Assembly: GCF_009914755.1 (NCBI RefSeq)
Contig: NC_060933.1
Source of the DNA: the human T2T-CHM13v2.0 reference genome, Homo sapiens
Reading direction: 5' to 3' (one strand)
DNA: 64,000 nucleotides
The notes under the pieces are model-generated. The model had not been told where the DNA came from. It saw only the letters and a list, made by a program, of their open reading frames with translations, and searched no databases. Shown one piece after another: positions 43,776 to 59,287 of this stretch. How positions within the stretch are numbered: position 1 is the stretch's first letter; each line of letters begins with the position of its first letter. Both the position numbers and the translations under genes were made by a program.

Positions 43776-45004
43776 CCTCAAACAGGGCCTGGTCCATAGT
43801 AAGTGCTCCAAAAAAAAAGTTTCAAAAAATTATTGCATGAAAGAATGAATGAAGAGTAGATATGATGCCTACCACCTGCAGAGCAGTCACAGAAAATGGT
43901 TTTCTTTGAGGAGATTAAGTAAATGAATCAGTTGGGAGTTCTCATCTGGTTGGGTTCCATGGTAGATTTTTTAAATGTCTTTATGCATGGAAGGTAACTT
44001 TAAAGATGGAAATATGAGTGGTGTTTTATAGATTGCTCAAACCGCCAGGTTAAGATTGACAAGAGTTTCAACCAATAGAACGTGGAGGAAATGCAAGAAC
44101 ATCTTGTCCTCATCAAAAGTGCTGGGGATACCAGAACTGGGTGCTCCCTATGTACCTAAGCATTTAGTGCAGTTGTTTGTGGAGCTATGTTTTGTCAGAT
44201 TCATCTTACACAGTGAATGGCAGGGCTTTCTTTACATTATTCTCTTTGTTAATTGAAATACTTTTTAATGTGTAGTTAGGTAGGCTGGAACCATGATAGC
44301 ACATTACACATCCCACAGTTCTAGAGCATACCAACGGGTTCAAATGTAGGAGCATATGGAAAGTCGTGTGCTTACATTCATCCCTAGTGTTGTTGTGAAG
44401 TTAAAGGAAATTATATTTATTAAAAGCACTGTGTAAGCTGGAAGTAGATGACAAATGTTAGTTTAGTTATAATGAGAAAGTGTCTGTTGCCCAACCAGAG
44501 GCCTCATGCTGTCCAAATATAGAGATTATAAGCTGTTCAGGTGTGTTTCAGAACTAGTATAGAAAGGGAAGCTGCTTTGGCCTCCTTTAGATTTGTGACT
44601 AGTTTTGTAGTACATTGAACCTTATGAAATTGCCATTTTGTAGATCCATAATATTGACTATTGACAGTTCCATATAGTTCAACCTCATAATTCGATTCTG
44701 GGGATTATATCTCATCATGGAGGGCAAATGATTACCAGATGAACTCTAAATATAGCAGGAGGAATTAGATGAGAAAATTAGAACTTTGGAAGGGAATGTA
44801 GTTCAGTACTACCAAGTAGACCTAGACATTTCACCTGATAGGGTAGGATTTCCTTTAATCTCACATCAACTTTGTAATGTAGCCATTGAGGTTACTGTCC
44901 TTTTATACATGAGGAAACTGAGTTATAGAGATAGTAAGTACTTTGGCTAATGTGGCAGGGCTAAAAATCCGTGTGGGGTGGAGGAGGGCCAAGTTCCAAC
45001 CTCA

Positions 45005-45435
<431 letters not shown>

Positions 45436-45983
45436 TTATGCAAGAAAGACCCAATGGCACCAGTTCTTATTTTGCACCTTTACCTACTCAAGCAAATGCT
45501 CTGTTAATTATACCACCCCCTGGAGGCTGGGAGGCATCTCTGCAGCGCTTCCTTACCAAAGGAGAAGCGGAGGGTAAAATCACTTTGTTTTCTTATCTGT
45601 TCATCAGGAGTCCTGTTGTTCTATTTGACAGTTTTTCCTTCACCATTCATAAAAAGGATTAACAAAATTGCCCAAAACAACTCTATAAAGTCTAGGAGTG
45701 GCACGTCAGTCTCTGAAAAAGCAAAGGGGGTTTTGTTATTGTTGCTGATGATGGTATTGTTACTATTTCACCACTGTCATAACAGCAAAGAGGAACAGCT
45801 GCCCTATGGTGTTATGCAAATGCCTTTTGATCTAGGCTATATCATCCTTGTGCAGCTATTAATAGACCACATCATCTCCCCAGCAGCCCCCAAGCCCTAG
45901 CTTCTGTCCTGCTTTTCTCAAACAGTATTAAATCTTGCATTTTATCAACAGCACAAAAAAGCAAAGATTTGCTATTTAGAAGT

Positions 45984-46194
45984 GGACACAGGAAGGGGAA
46001 TATCACACTCTGGGGACTGTAGTGGGGTGGGGGGAGGGGGGAGGGATAGCATTGGGAGATATACCTAATGCTAGATGACGCGTTAGTGGGTGCAGCGCAC
46101 CAGCATGGCACATGTATACATATGTAACTAACCTGCACAATGTGCACATGTACCCTAAAACTTAAAGTATAATAAAAAAAAAAAAAAAAAAAAA
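45984..46194 (+). mobile_element. Young 5'-truncated L1 (L1PA2/L1HS boundary), 3' UTR only
   Basis: Near-identical to the L1HS 3' UTR as recalled, with AATAAA and pure poly(A). TSD AGAAGT (45978-45983, 46195-46200) at a TTT/AGAA target. Confidence 0.95.
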
Positions 46195-47252
46195 AGAAGT
46201 TAAGGTTGCAAGATCTTAAGTGATCATGTAGGGCAGAAGTCAGAAAATGGTTATGCAGATTCTGGGCTGAATCTGGCCTACAGTAAGGTTAGTTTACCTG
46301 CACAGCAATTAAAAATCATTTTGAATTCATTGCCAATAATAATAAATTAAGAGAGTTCTTATTTTAAAAGTATATTTCCGACTTCTCTTGAGAATTCAGT
46401 CTCTGGCAATAATAGCCTGTTCTCCCCACTGGCAATTGTCTGGAGCTGATGGTGGTTGCTAACTTTAGAGGAGCCATATTCCGTTGTTCATCACCACCAC
46501 CACCAACACCACCACCATCTCCTATTATTTTTACCACCTTCTATTATTCTTACTCTTGGCCCACTTCCTTTGTCTGTATCACCTGCCTGGCCCCTATTGG
46601 CATTTGAGCATGTGACCCCTAATCTACCATCATTCACTCATTTTATGGCTGGGTCAAATAAGTCCTAGGTGGAAATGGGACTTACCTTAGCAAGATAACA
46701 GCAGACTCAGAACTAAAGTCCCCTGAACTCTTTGGATGAATGAGGCTTTGTACTGTGTTGGGATTCAAATCTTCTAAGGGCATTTTTAGTTTTGAACAGG
46801 CTACAAGCAGAAAGCTAATGCCAGAATCTAGTGCTTTTGCTACAGAGGAACCCATGTGACTTATATAATGATGAATTAACCTTAGGTTAAATGAACAGTG
46901 TAAGTTTGTAAGGAACTTTAGGGTATCCTGTGTTTCATGGTAAAAAGTTTCATTCCCAGGAAAATAAATAGATACTTTGTAGTCAACACCTCAATAGTTC
47001 TGGAGGCTTCATGTTCCTTCTTAGCAAAAATAACAAGAGGCACAGCCCATACTTATTTAAATTGAAATGTGATCTTCCATGCCTTCCTAATCCTTAGTCT
47101 TTGATTGTGTTCCTGAGGTCATGTGGTTGTAGAATACTACTATTCTGTATTGTCCACTTTTTTTATCTTCCTAAGAGCAATAATCCTCACAGAAGCTTGA
47201 TAATTCAAAGGACTAATGAAACAGAGATCTTTACTCCCAGGGCTTGTCATAA

Positions 47253-47509
<257 letters not shown>

Positions 47510-47524
47510 TTAAGGAAAGACTAA

Positions 47525-47882
<358 letters not shown>

Positions 47883-50075
47883 TGAATATTAAAAACACGA
47901 GCTGTGGGCCTATTCTCTTCAGGCCAGGGTTCTTAGGTCAACCTCAGACAACCTGAAAGTGAGATAAATTCTGCAGTTAGTGTGAATTATTCAGACTATC
48001 AGAATCTGCCAAATCAAATTCCATTTCTTCAAGAACTTATTTCCAGTCAGAGTACAAAGATAGAGTCAGCTTTTCTACTTTTCCTGAAAGACTGCCTAAA
48101 TTCTAACTATAGCTCAGAGACTCAGTGTGAGGTGCTGTCACATACCTTAACTCAGTTTTTCCTCAAACTTCAGACTTTTGGGCATCATATTTGTTATTTT
48201 TGTCCTGTGTGTACCAGCTCGCTCCTGTTAAAAGAAGGAAATAGCCAGGTTAGAGAGGTGTCAAAAACATAGCTCCATCTCTTTAATATAATCAGATGGG
48301 AGTGAAAGAGAATCAAGATAGCAGTAACTTTCTTGCTATGTGAGTCAGTGTTACATAATGCCATGCCCACTTACCCCCAAAATTTAGGAAACACTGTCTT
48401 GCCTCCTTGCATCCTCTTAAAAAAAATAAAAATCCCAATTCCTCGTTTCAAAGAGACTAGGGTTAGAAATAGAAAGTGACTTGCTCAAAGCCACAAGAAG
48501 AGCAGAGACACAGAGCTGGGATTCAGACCCAGGCAGGGTGACTTCAAATTCTTTCCATTGCACCAGGTGCCTGTCATGCTGTTCCTTTTATAAGGATTGA
48601 ATCGAGTACATCAGTAGCAAACTTAAACTCTCCAGTAAGATCACGATCGTTTAAACAAACAAAAGTAACATCTGTTCCAGCTAAAGAGCTGTCTCTGGCA
48701 TAAGCAATTTTTCACCGATGGAGGCTAGATCTGATTGGGCTCTTGCTGAGTTAATTGAGCAAAGTTACGTGGCCAGATGTGAGTTTTCAGATAGAAGGGG
48801 AAGGGAATGCAATATACAAGCACATGGGGAGACTGATGGACCAAATGGCTGGCTCCACTATAAAACACTCCAGCGTTTAGCCTTTGTTCTGCCTCCTGGG
48901 CGTTAGCAAGCTGACTCCCGCACAGAAGACTTCTTGGTTGACTCTTGAAGAGTCAGGGATTTAGTCAATGCAAGCTGTAAACTGGCTCAGCACTAGAGAA
49001 GCAGCAGACATGAGTAGAAAAAGGTTCTCCCAAAGACAGCTCAGCTTCACTTTTCTCTTCTCTCTTCACTCCTTTCTTCTCTCCTCTTTTCTACTGAATG
49101 AACTTAAACATTTTTCAGCTGAGATGCATTCCCACCTGCAGGGTGAACTGAACTTTTAAGAAGCCTATTAATTCTCCCAGGAAGCACCAGGCTGCAGCTC
49201 TCTGGTTCTCATTTCTTGCTTGCTATGTATTAGAACCTGGGACATTTTCTCCAAAATATAATGCTATGAGGGCCCCCACTCCAGAGATCATTATTTAATT
49301 GGTAGGGTGAAGCCTGGCACATTTATTAAATGGTTCCAGGTGATTCTAATGGAGATTCAGCCAGTGTTGGAAACAGCAGCACACGGGTGCCCAGGGCTGG
49401 CCGCAGTGAGTCCGGGCTATGATTCTTGCCTCAATTCTGCAAGCCAAGAAAAACGGGCTTTGGATTCAGGAACAAAGCAAAGCCCAAGTCTGTCATTGGC
49501 CAGCTGAGTAATCTTAGGCAATTAATTTCAATTCACCAAGCCTCAGTTTCTTCTTCTGTAGAATGGGAATAATACCTACCTTGCAAGGCTTCTGTTAGGA
49601 ATGTTTCCCTTCTCCTTTCCTTCCCATTACAAAAGAAATATATTTGAGGCAGTTGATTGAAAAAAAAAAACAGCAGAAAAAGAAACAGATGGAGAAATTA
49701 GGCCAAGAGAAAAATAAGATGAAATTAGAAAACTCCATCTAGCTTATATTACTGAACGTTTACTTCTCTCACTTGTTTGAGCAATTCAGTTTGTAAAATG
49801 TACCACATAATACTACTTTATCAACCAAACCACTTAATTCTAAGATCTTGGGTCTATTTTGAAAACAACAAAAACATGATGTGACAGAAGCAGCATTCTT
49901 GAGTGTAAAGGGACCCATGGACTGAGCTTTGTCTCATTTATGCCTTTATCGTATGACTTAGAGGAAGTCATTTTTCCTCTCTTGGTCCCAACTTGCTCAT
50001 CTATAAAATGAGACAACGTGATTGTGGGTGACATTCTGAGTGGACGCCAACCTCAGGAGTATTTTTCTATAATTT

Positions 50076-50245
50076 AAAAAGAAAGGAGAGAAGAAAAAGA
50101 GAAGGAGAAAAGGAAGAGGAGCGAGAGAAAAGGAAGGAAGAAAGAAGGAAGGAGGGACAGAGAGAAAGAAAAGGAAGAAAGGAAGGATGAAAGAAGGGAA
50201 GGAGAGGAAGGAGAGGAAGGAAGGAAGGAAAAGAAAGAGAAAGAC
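50076..50245. repeat. Pure polypurine (GA/GAA/GGAA-rich) tract
   Basis: About 170 nt with almost no pyrimidines on the + strand. Confidence 0.9.
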
Positions 50246-50877
50246 ATTAAGAGGAGGGGAGTTGTTCCTTGAAGGTGCTGAAGTCCCTGGCCTTTAGAAG
50301 CCATCACATCAGCCATCTGCTGTGCCTGGCCCTGTGAAGTTACTAGTAAGCCACCCGTCACTGCCTTGTTCCAGGGTCTTGAAACCCTGTGGCTATTTTC
50401 CTGTGTATGAAATTCAGTGGGGGGAATACCTGCCTGACCAAAATTTGTAGTTCCCCATGGTTGAAAATAAGAGTCTGAATCTTCCTTTTAAATATATGAA
50501 CAGAATCGTCTTTGCCTGCCATCTTTGTGCCCTCACTTTCTCCTTGGAGACTTGGCAAACCCCCCCACCTTGAGGGAGAATACTGCAGACACGTGCCACT
50601 GCTCCCCTATTCTAGATGTTTTCTCCAAAGGAACGTTGAGTTTGTGAGCAACAGGCTGACAGTGCTTCTCTCCACAGACAATGTTTAACTCTGGACAAAA
50701 TACAGGCTCCTTCTCTTGTTCTCACTTGTGACTCCCTGCTCCATGAATGTCCAGTGTACTGGGTCTGAAAGCAGTAAGCCAGTTCTGCTCTTTAATAGCT
50801 CTGTGTCTTTGGGTCAGACACTTAGCCTCTTTGCTCTGTAATACACCATAGAGAGTTGTCTTAAGTATAAAGATCCA

Positions 50878-51307
<430 letters not shown>

Positions 51308-52008
51308 CTACCAGGAGAAAATTTCCCTCATTGAATGTTGGAAGGAGACGTGGGAATTTTTGGATAATTTCCTGAGGCAGTGGCTGGGTAATGGAAACTC
51401 TCATTGTGAGCGTACAAGCATCCATCCTCATCACTAAGGCACTCTCCTACTCAGTAAGAACAGAGAATCACTGCTTTGTTCTCTTTCTCCAGAATTAAGA
51501 TCAAACCCTTCTCTCTGGAATTCAACATTTGCTAAAATGCAACAACTTCTTCTCCATCACCCCCCTCCGCGAAACCTTAGTTCCCACTGATTCCCAACAT
51601 AAATTTTTCTTTTTAATTAAGGATCCCACCCTGGCCCTCACTGGCCATTTTCACCCCTTCCCCACACTTGGCCCATGCTGTTCTGTGCACACTTGGAATC
51701 ATGTCCCTCTTCCCCTGGAGAAGCCTTCATCCTGCTCAGCCCAGCTGCAGTGCTTTCATCTCATACTGCCCCCTGCACCCACCCACCTTTCGCTATCAGC
51801 CCTCCTCTGCACACTGCACTCCTGCTGTCTTTACCATACGGCTGACCCTTCAGTGGGGCTCCTCTGTATTCATTGGATAAAATACTAATTTTTTAGTTCC
51901 AAAATGGATCAGTAGCAGCACCTTTGATCTCTGAAGTAGTTGACTTTCACCCTGAGACACAGACTTATAGACCATAGATGAAAAATGACAATCAAGATAT
52001 AATGCATA

Positions 52009-52143
52009 AGTTGAGCACGGTGGTATGTGCCTGCAAATCCCAGCTACTCAGGAGGCTGAGGCAGGAGGATTGCTTGAGCACAGGAATTTAAGTCTAGTCT
52101 GCGCAACATAGCAGGACCCTATTTCTTTAAAAAGAAAAAAAAG
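52009..52143 (+). mobile_element. FLAM-like Alu monomer
   Basis: Single diverged arm with A tail; TSD resembling aagat[a/g]taatgc. Confidence 0.8.
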
Positions 52144-53860
52144 ATGTAATGCTATCTTTTGGCTCCCAAGAGTCAGTAGGAAGGATGGGAGAGGAGGGGA
52201 CAGGAGCCCTTGCCAGAAAAGGAAATTGTAGTTTTATTTTCTCCCGTATGTCAGAAGAGAACAGATTGGTATGGTGTGCAGGTAGCCATGGGTCTTCTCT
52301 TACCAGGCCAGAGGAGAGGCTGAACTTCCCTCAGCAGTTCCCAAGCAAGTTTAGCAGCAGAATCATAGACAAATTGTCTTCCTATGCCTTGCAGTGTGGG
52401 TGCTTGTTTACTATTTGAGGGAAAAGTGTTTAGGCAAACAGGTATCCTGAGGGTGACCAGCTGTGCAAGGATTAGGCTACTGAAGCACACCAGTTCTGGC
52501 TGGTGGGAATGGAACTGGAGCTCCCCAGCAGGGCTGCCAAGTATGATTGTTCAGGTTGCATACTGCACAATCCTGGAAGGCTCCATTCACATCAAGTACA
52601 ATGTGAATGGTGCTCTTGGAGTTGTTCAGTGCATAACATGCATACTACACCTGCTCAGGCAAAAGCAACCTATCCGTTCTTTGGAACATATAGCTAAAAT
52701 TCAACCAGAAACTTACTTTATAATCATAGCATTGCACATATATTAAACTTGCTGTAGCCTGTCAAGTTGCAGGAATCAGTTTATACCCTGAAGACTATGG
52801 ACTTGACTTCTAGGAACCGGTAATGAAGACATACTTCCAGGGACCAGGCATATTCTTCCTTGATTTTCTCCAGTGAAGTTTAGCATGGTATAAACACATG
52901 GTATGGGGTAGATATTTCATGATGTTGTAGCTGGGATCATGGAGCAGAATGAAAGGGCAGAACCAGTTGCTCTTTTCTCAGGGGCGGCATTGCCCAAGCA
53001 TGAATTGTTATTGAGTGGCCACTTAGAAGAAAGATTTCTCTGACTGGGGTGACCATATGTCCCAGTTTGCACATGTTTTACCAGCCTAATTTTCAGTAAT
53101 GTTCAGTTGGGATGATGAACCATATGGTCGTGTGACCTCTGGCATGGAGATGGGCATCTCTGCTTTGTCAACTACTCCACATCTGCAACCAGCCTTTCCT
53201 TTTATTGATGCCTTGGCAATTCTCCATGATACAGACACAATGCTGAGGGCACGGCAAGACTCCTGTACGCAAACTGTTCTGAAGGATCAGAGTGTTGTAG
53301 GGTGACAGTCAGCCTCATCCACATCAAAGCATTTCCTTTTTTTCTTCACCATTTTTGATCAGTTTCATATTCCTGTGGGTACTAATGAAAAGGAACAGCA
53401 GAACCACTATCAAGTCCAGTACTTACTAGGCAGATAGAGACCCACTGGCTTCTGGCCTGTGCCACTTGCTGCTGCCCACACTCATCAGTGGAGGAGAATT
53501 CCCTACTAAGTTTTCAGTAGTTATAATTGCCACCAACATTGCATGGGAGAGAGGAGCATGACTTGAAGTCGTTTGCAAATGTATGTTCATCCAACAACAG
53601 CCAAGAAGCATACCCGAGACTGTGCAGGTGCTGCCCAAGTCCTGAACACATTACTGCACAGTTGCTCAGAGTTCTGGTTCGACTGCTACCTCTTGTACCC
53701 CAGTTTCTTCATGTGTAGAATGGCAAAGAGGGTTAAATCTCTTACAAAGTGTTTTGGACACTGCCTGGTAAATACTGGCAGAACTAAAATATAGCTATTA
53801 GTAAGAATAGTATCAGCAGCTTTGAGAGCCAGGGAACAACCCCTAAGAATGGTATGAAGT

Positions 53861-54063
53861 AGGGATCAGCAACTATGGCCTTTGGAGCAAATGTGGTCCT
53901 CTGCCTGTTTTGTAAATAAAGTTTTATTGGAACAGAATTATGTCCACTTATTTAAGTATTGTTTATGGATGCCTTATTGAGTAGTTGGGAAAAAAATCAT
54001 ATGGCCCATAAACCTAAAATATTTATTGTCTGGTACTTTACCAAAAAAGTTTACTGGCCCCCA
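53861..54063. mobile_element. MER58A-like hAT transposon (opposite orientation to the 43568 copy)
   Basis: gcctgttttgtaaataaagttttattggaaca...cctaaaatattta. Confidence 0.75.
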
Positions 54064-54126
54064 ATTAAAGCATAAGTAAGATACTCAAAATCTCATTCCT
54101 ATTCCTATTCCACTAGCAGTTACTGA

Positions 54127-54418
<292 letters not shown>

Positions 54419-56756
54419 ACAAATGTTTTAACATAGATTATCTTATTTAACTTTCATGAGAAGTAGCTCTTCAAGGTTAATGGAAATATCCCATTTTATA
54501 TGTGAGGTTCAGAGCACTTGTGCTTGTGTACAATTGCAGAGCTAGGATTCATACTCTGGTCTGGAACTTTAGGAGTTATGAGGACAGACATCCTGGAGGA
54601 GTTCGGTTTGCACTTGTTCTTGAAGAATGAGTATGGTTTTCAGTAAGCAAGGAGAAGACCCAGGGGAGGGTATTGCAGAAAGAAGGAATTGACTGAGCAA
54701 AGGGCCTGAAATAGGAAGCTTGGGCTGGTTGTCTGATTTGTTTAGCCTGAAGGGACTGAAGGAGACAAGGTGAAAGAAGTGGCTGTATGCCAGGATGTAG
54801 AGAGACAGGTACTTCCTCGAGGAAGCAGCTATAAACTGAAAGTTCAAGGTCAAGCCCATAGACATATTGTGTTTGGCCTTTACTGTATTGATTCACACAA
54901 GGATGTTTGCTTTGGTTTTCACTTGAATTTATAACCAGCCCATCCTACATTTCATCTTCTCTTAAAAGACTGCAAGATCTAGCCAGACTCAGCCACATTT
55001 CCAGGAGGTGGGAACTAGCTAGAGTTGAGTTTAGCTGCCCTCTTTAGATGCAGCATCTGCTTTCCTATGGGCCTTTACTCATCTTAGACTCAAGCAAGCA
55101 CAGCCCCCATACTGGGCCCTGGGCTTTATAGGGCCTTGCTCTAGTCACACTCTTTTCTAAGGGGTGAGGAGTCTTTGGGCCAAGGTGACTTGCCTGCTCC
55201 CTACCCCTGTCCCCTGACTGTGCTTCACCTCCCAAGACTCTGAATTGTCTCCTGAACGGTCCCAGCTCACATCCAGAACTCACATGGGCCTCTTCTCTGC
55301 ATCTGTCTTCCCAAGGATGGGCCACTCTGAAGGGTGTACCAAAGGGAAGCAGTTTGCCTTGAAGGTAGCGTATGTGTGGATGGACCTTTGAGGTGCAGGC
55401 TAGGGTGTCCACCATGGGTGTGCAAGGCCTCTAGAGGTGCAGGACAGAGCAGAGGGTACAAAGAGTAGGGAAGAAGGTAACAGGCCACAGAATCTCGCTC
55501 TGCACCACCAAATCTCAATATGGGACACGCAGGAATCCAAGAACTCACAATTTGAACTTGGCCTTCTCAGTCAGTATGAAGTATATTTGCCAACTTAGTA
55601 AGAGAGAACATAAAATATTTAATAATTTTGAATTTGATTTCAGATATTGAGATATACTGTATGTCAGCATCTATTTGTGCACTTGCTCCAAGCCCCAGAA
55701 ATGTTCGGCATAGGCCTGGCTGCAGCCCTACCAGTTCCCATTGTCTTACACCAGAGCTGTGTCTCTCATGGACATGACCTGTCTGGTGCTTACAGGAATG
55801 AGAGGTTTTGGCCCTAGCTAAATTGGTTTAGTGGTGAAGAAGATTGAAGGTTTTTGATCAGGGCAGATTGTGCCAAATGGGCTACTGCAGGCAGAGGCAG
55901 AGGCAGGAAGGCCAGTGAGGGAGCTATTGCAGGAGACCAGCTGGGAGGTCAGAGATTTGAACCAGTAGGAGCGAGAGAAGAAGGGACAGATGCAAGATTA
56001 ATTATGTCTTTTCCTTCCACAATGATCTTTAGGTTAAGGTCGCCAACTTAACCCAATTTAGCCTGTGACTTTCTTGGTTTTTGCTCTGCAAGCTTCTGTC
56101 CCAGGAAACCCCACAGTACTGGTCACACTGGGGAGGCTGGCTTGCCTGCCTACCACCTAAATATCAGCCACCATCATATTGAGCTCTTACTATACCTCAG
56201 CTGGGAACTTGAGCTCAAGGCTTTGGACTTGAGTATAACTTTGCTCCTGGAAGCAAACTGTCTGGCTATTTCTATTCCTTGACCCTAAATCAAAAAATGG
56301 CAAATAACTCTCAGGCCATGGAGCTTCCCTTGGGTGTTACAGTTACAGATTTTCAAGTCAAGGATATGTTCAGGACCTAATTAGCTCATCCAGACACTTA
56401 GAATCTAGATTCATGCTGGAAGGGAAGAAAATGTCTCCCTCCTCACCTTTGCTGGACACAAGGATGTGTCATCTTTCATCTGTTTCTTGCCATTGTCATT
56501 ACCATCAACATTGACAGAGATAACACATAGAACCTTGAATTATGGAATCCTTATTAAGTTAGATACTCATCTCTTCTAGAAAATAAAATGTTTATTAGTA
56601 AAAGCAGAATCCTCAGGAAAACAGTATTTATAAGCCCTAGACACATGGCCCTGGAAAAGTCACTTAACTTCTCTGAACCTCTTTTTCCTATGAAGTGGGA
56701 CTAATAATCCCTACGATAGATTTGTATGGAGAATAAAGTTTAAAATGCCTCATGCA

Positions 56757-57267
56757 CAAAAGAATTGAGAGCAAGGACTCGAACAGATATTTGTATACCA
56801 ATGCTCACAGCAGCATTATTTCCAATAGCCAAAAGACGGAAAAAACCCCAAGTGTCCATCCACAGACGAATGGATAAACAAAATGTGATATATCCCTACA
56901 ATGGAATATTATTCAGCCATAAAAGGAATGAAATTTTGATATATGTCACAACATGGATGGACCATGAAACATAGTGCTAAGTTAAACAAGCCAGAGAGAA
57001 AAGGACAAATATTGTATTATTCCACTTACATGAGATATCTAGACTAGTCAAATTCGTAGTGACAGAAAGGTTACCAGAGGACCTGGGGGAGAGAAGAAAG
57101 GAGAGTTATTGTTTAATGGGTACAGAATTTCAGTTTGGGATGATGAAAAAGTTCTGGAAATGGCTGGCGGTGATGGTTGCACAACAGTGTGAATGTACTT
57201 AATGCTATCGAACTGTAAACTTAAAGTGGTAAATGGTATTATGTATGTTTTACCACAATAAAAAAAT
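56757..57267 (+). mobile_element. L1MB-type 5'-truncated element inserted in a MIR
   Basis: cagcattatttccaatagcc...aatggaatattattcagcc...gggtacagaatttcagtttggga...ccacaataaaa. TSD AAATGCCTC[A/G]TGCA (56743-56756, 57268-57281). Confidence 0.88.
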
Positions 57268-58258
57268 AAATGCCTCGTGCAGTACCTGGCCATTGAAGAT
57301 ACTCAGGGGGAAAAAAAAGAGCTAAAAAGAGATATTAAGATGTTTCTAAGTGTTACTGAGTTCAGAAGTGGGAGTTCATACTTTAAACTAAAAGTAGTCA
57401 ACGAAGGATTTGCCAAGGAGGTGGGATTTGAGATGGAGTTTGTAGGACCAGGCAAGGGAAAAGGCAACCCAGCCAGGAGGAAATGTGTAAGCAAACCATG
57501 AAGCTCCTGTGTGTGGTGATGGGGACCCGGTGATGATGTTGTGATCTGTTTTGTTTTTTGTTGGAGACTAGATTTGGGATGGGGTTTCAAGGGACTTGGA
57601 GTCCAAGTTGACCTGTTTAGGTGCCAGGCAGAGCAGAGGCACTAAAACTATCTGGGCAGGGAGGATGAAAAGATCAGTGTCGGCAGAAAGATCAATCTGG
57701 GGCATCGTAGAAAATGGATTGAATGGTGCCATACCAGAGGTTCAAGGCAGCCAGGGCAGTGTTGCACAAGTCCTAGACTAAACTAGGATGGTGGCTGTGC
57801 AAAAGAAAAGGGAGAGATGGAGACTAATTTCAGAAGAGCCTTGATAGACTTAAGATATCAAGGAAGAGGTGGCAAAGTGTTAAATGTTTAGCAGAATAGC
57901 TCAACCCTGGAGCCAGGTACCCTGCATTTAGTACTGCTAATGTTCTAATACCAGTACTGCTGCTTATGAGCTTGTGTGACCTTGAGTGAATGACTTAATC
58001 TTTCTGTCCTGTTTCTTCCTCTATCACATAACAATGAATGACAAAGTAGTGCCTCTCTCACAAGGCTGTCATGAAGGTTAAAGGAGTCAATATTTGTAAA
58101 GATCTTACAATAGTATTCAGCACAGAATATATGCTTGCTATTTTTTATCTTTTAAATCTGGATGGTTGGTACGTTGGTGTCTGTTACGTTATTTTTTGGT
58201 GTTTGAATATTTTAAAGCATGACCTTAAAATAATGTACTTTCAAAACAGTCTTGCTAA

Positions 58259-58425
58259 GCAGTGCTTCTTAAAGCTTAACATGCATGTGAAATGTTTGGC
58301 AGTCTTGTGAAAATGCAGGTTCTGGTTCAGTAGGTCTCAGGCGGTACTCAATGGTCTGTGTTTGTAGCAAGCTCCCAGGTGGTCTGGTGCCGCGGGTCTG
58401 CCGGCCACTCCTTGAGTAGCAAAGT
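58259..58425. mobile_element. MER5-type hAT MITE
   Basis: cagtgcttcttaaagctt...cttgtgaaaatgcaggttctggttcagtaggtct...caagctcccaggtg. Confidence 0.75.
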
Positions 58426-58464
58426 TGTTAAGGAACGGAGTTCCATCACGGTGTTTCTAGGATT

Positions 58465-59287
<823 letters not shown>

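Noticed and set aside
56765-56974. ORF resembling the L1 ORF2 C-terminus
   Set aside because: Decayed fragment of a truncated L1MB element; non-functional.
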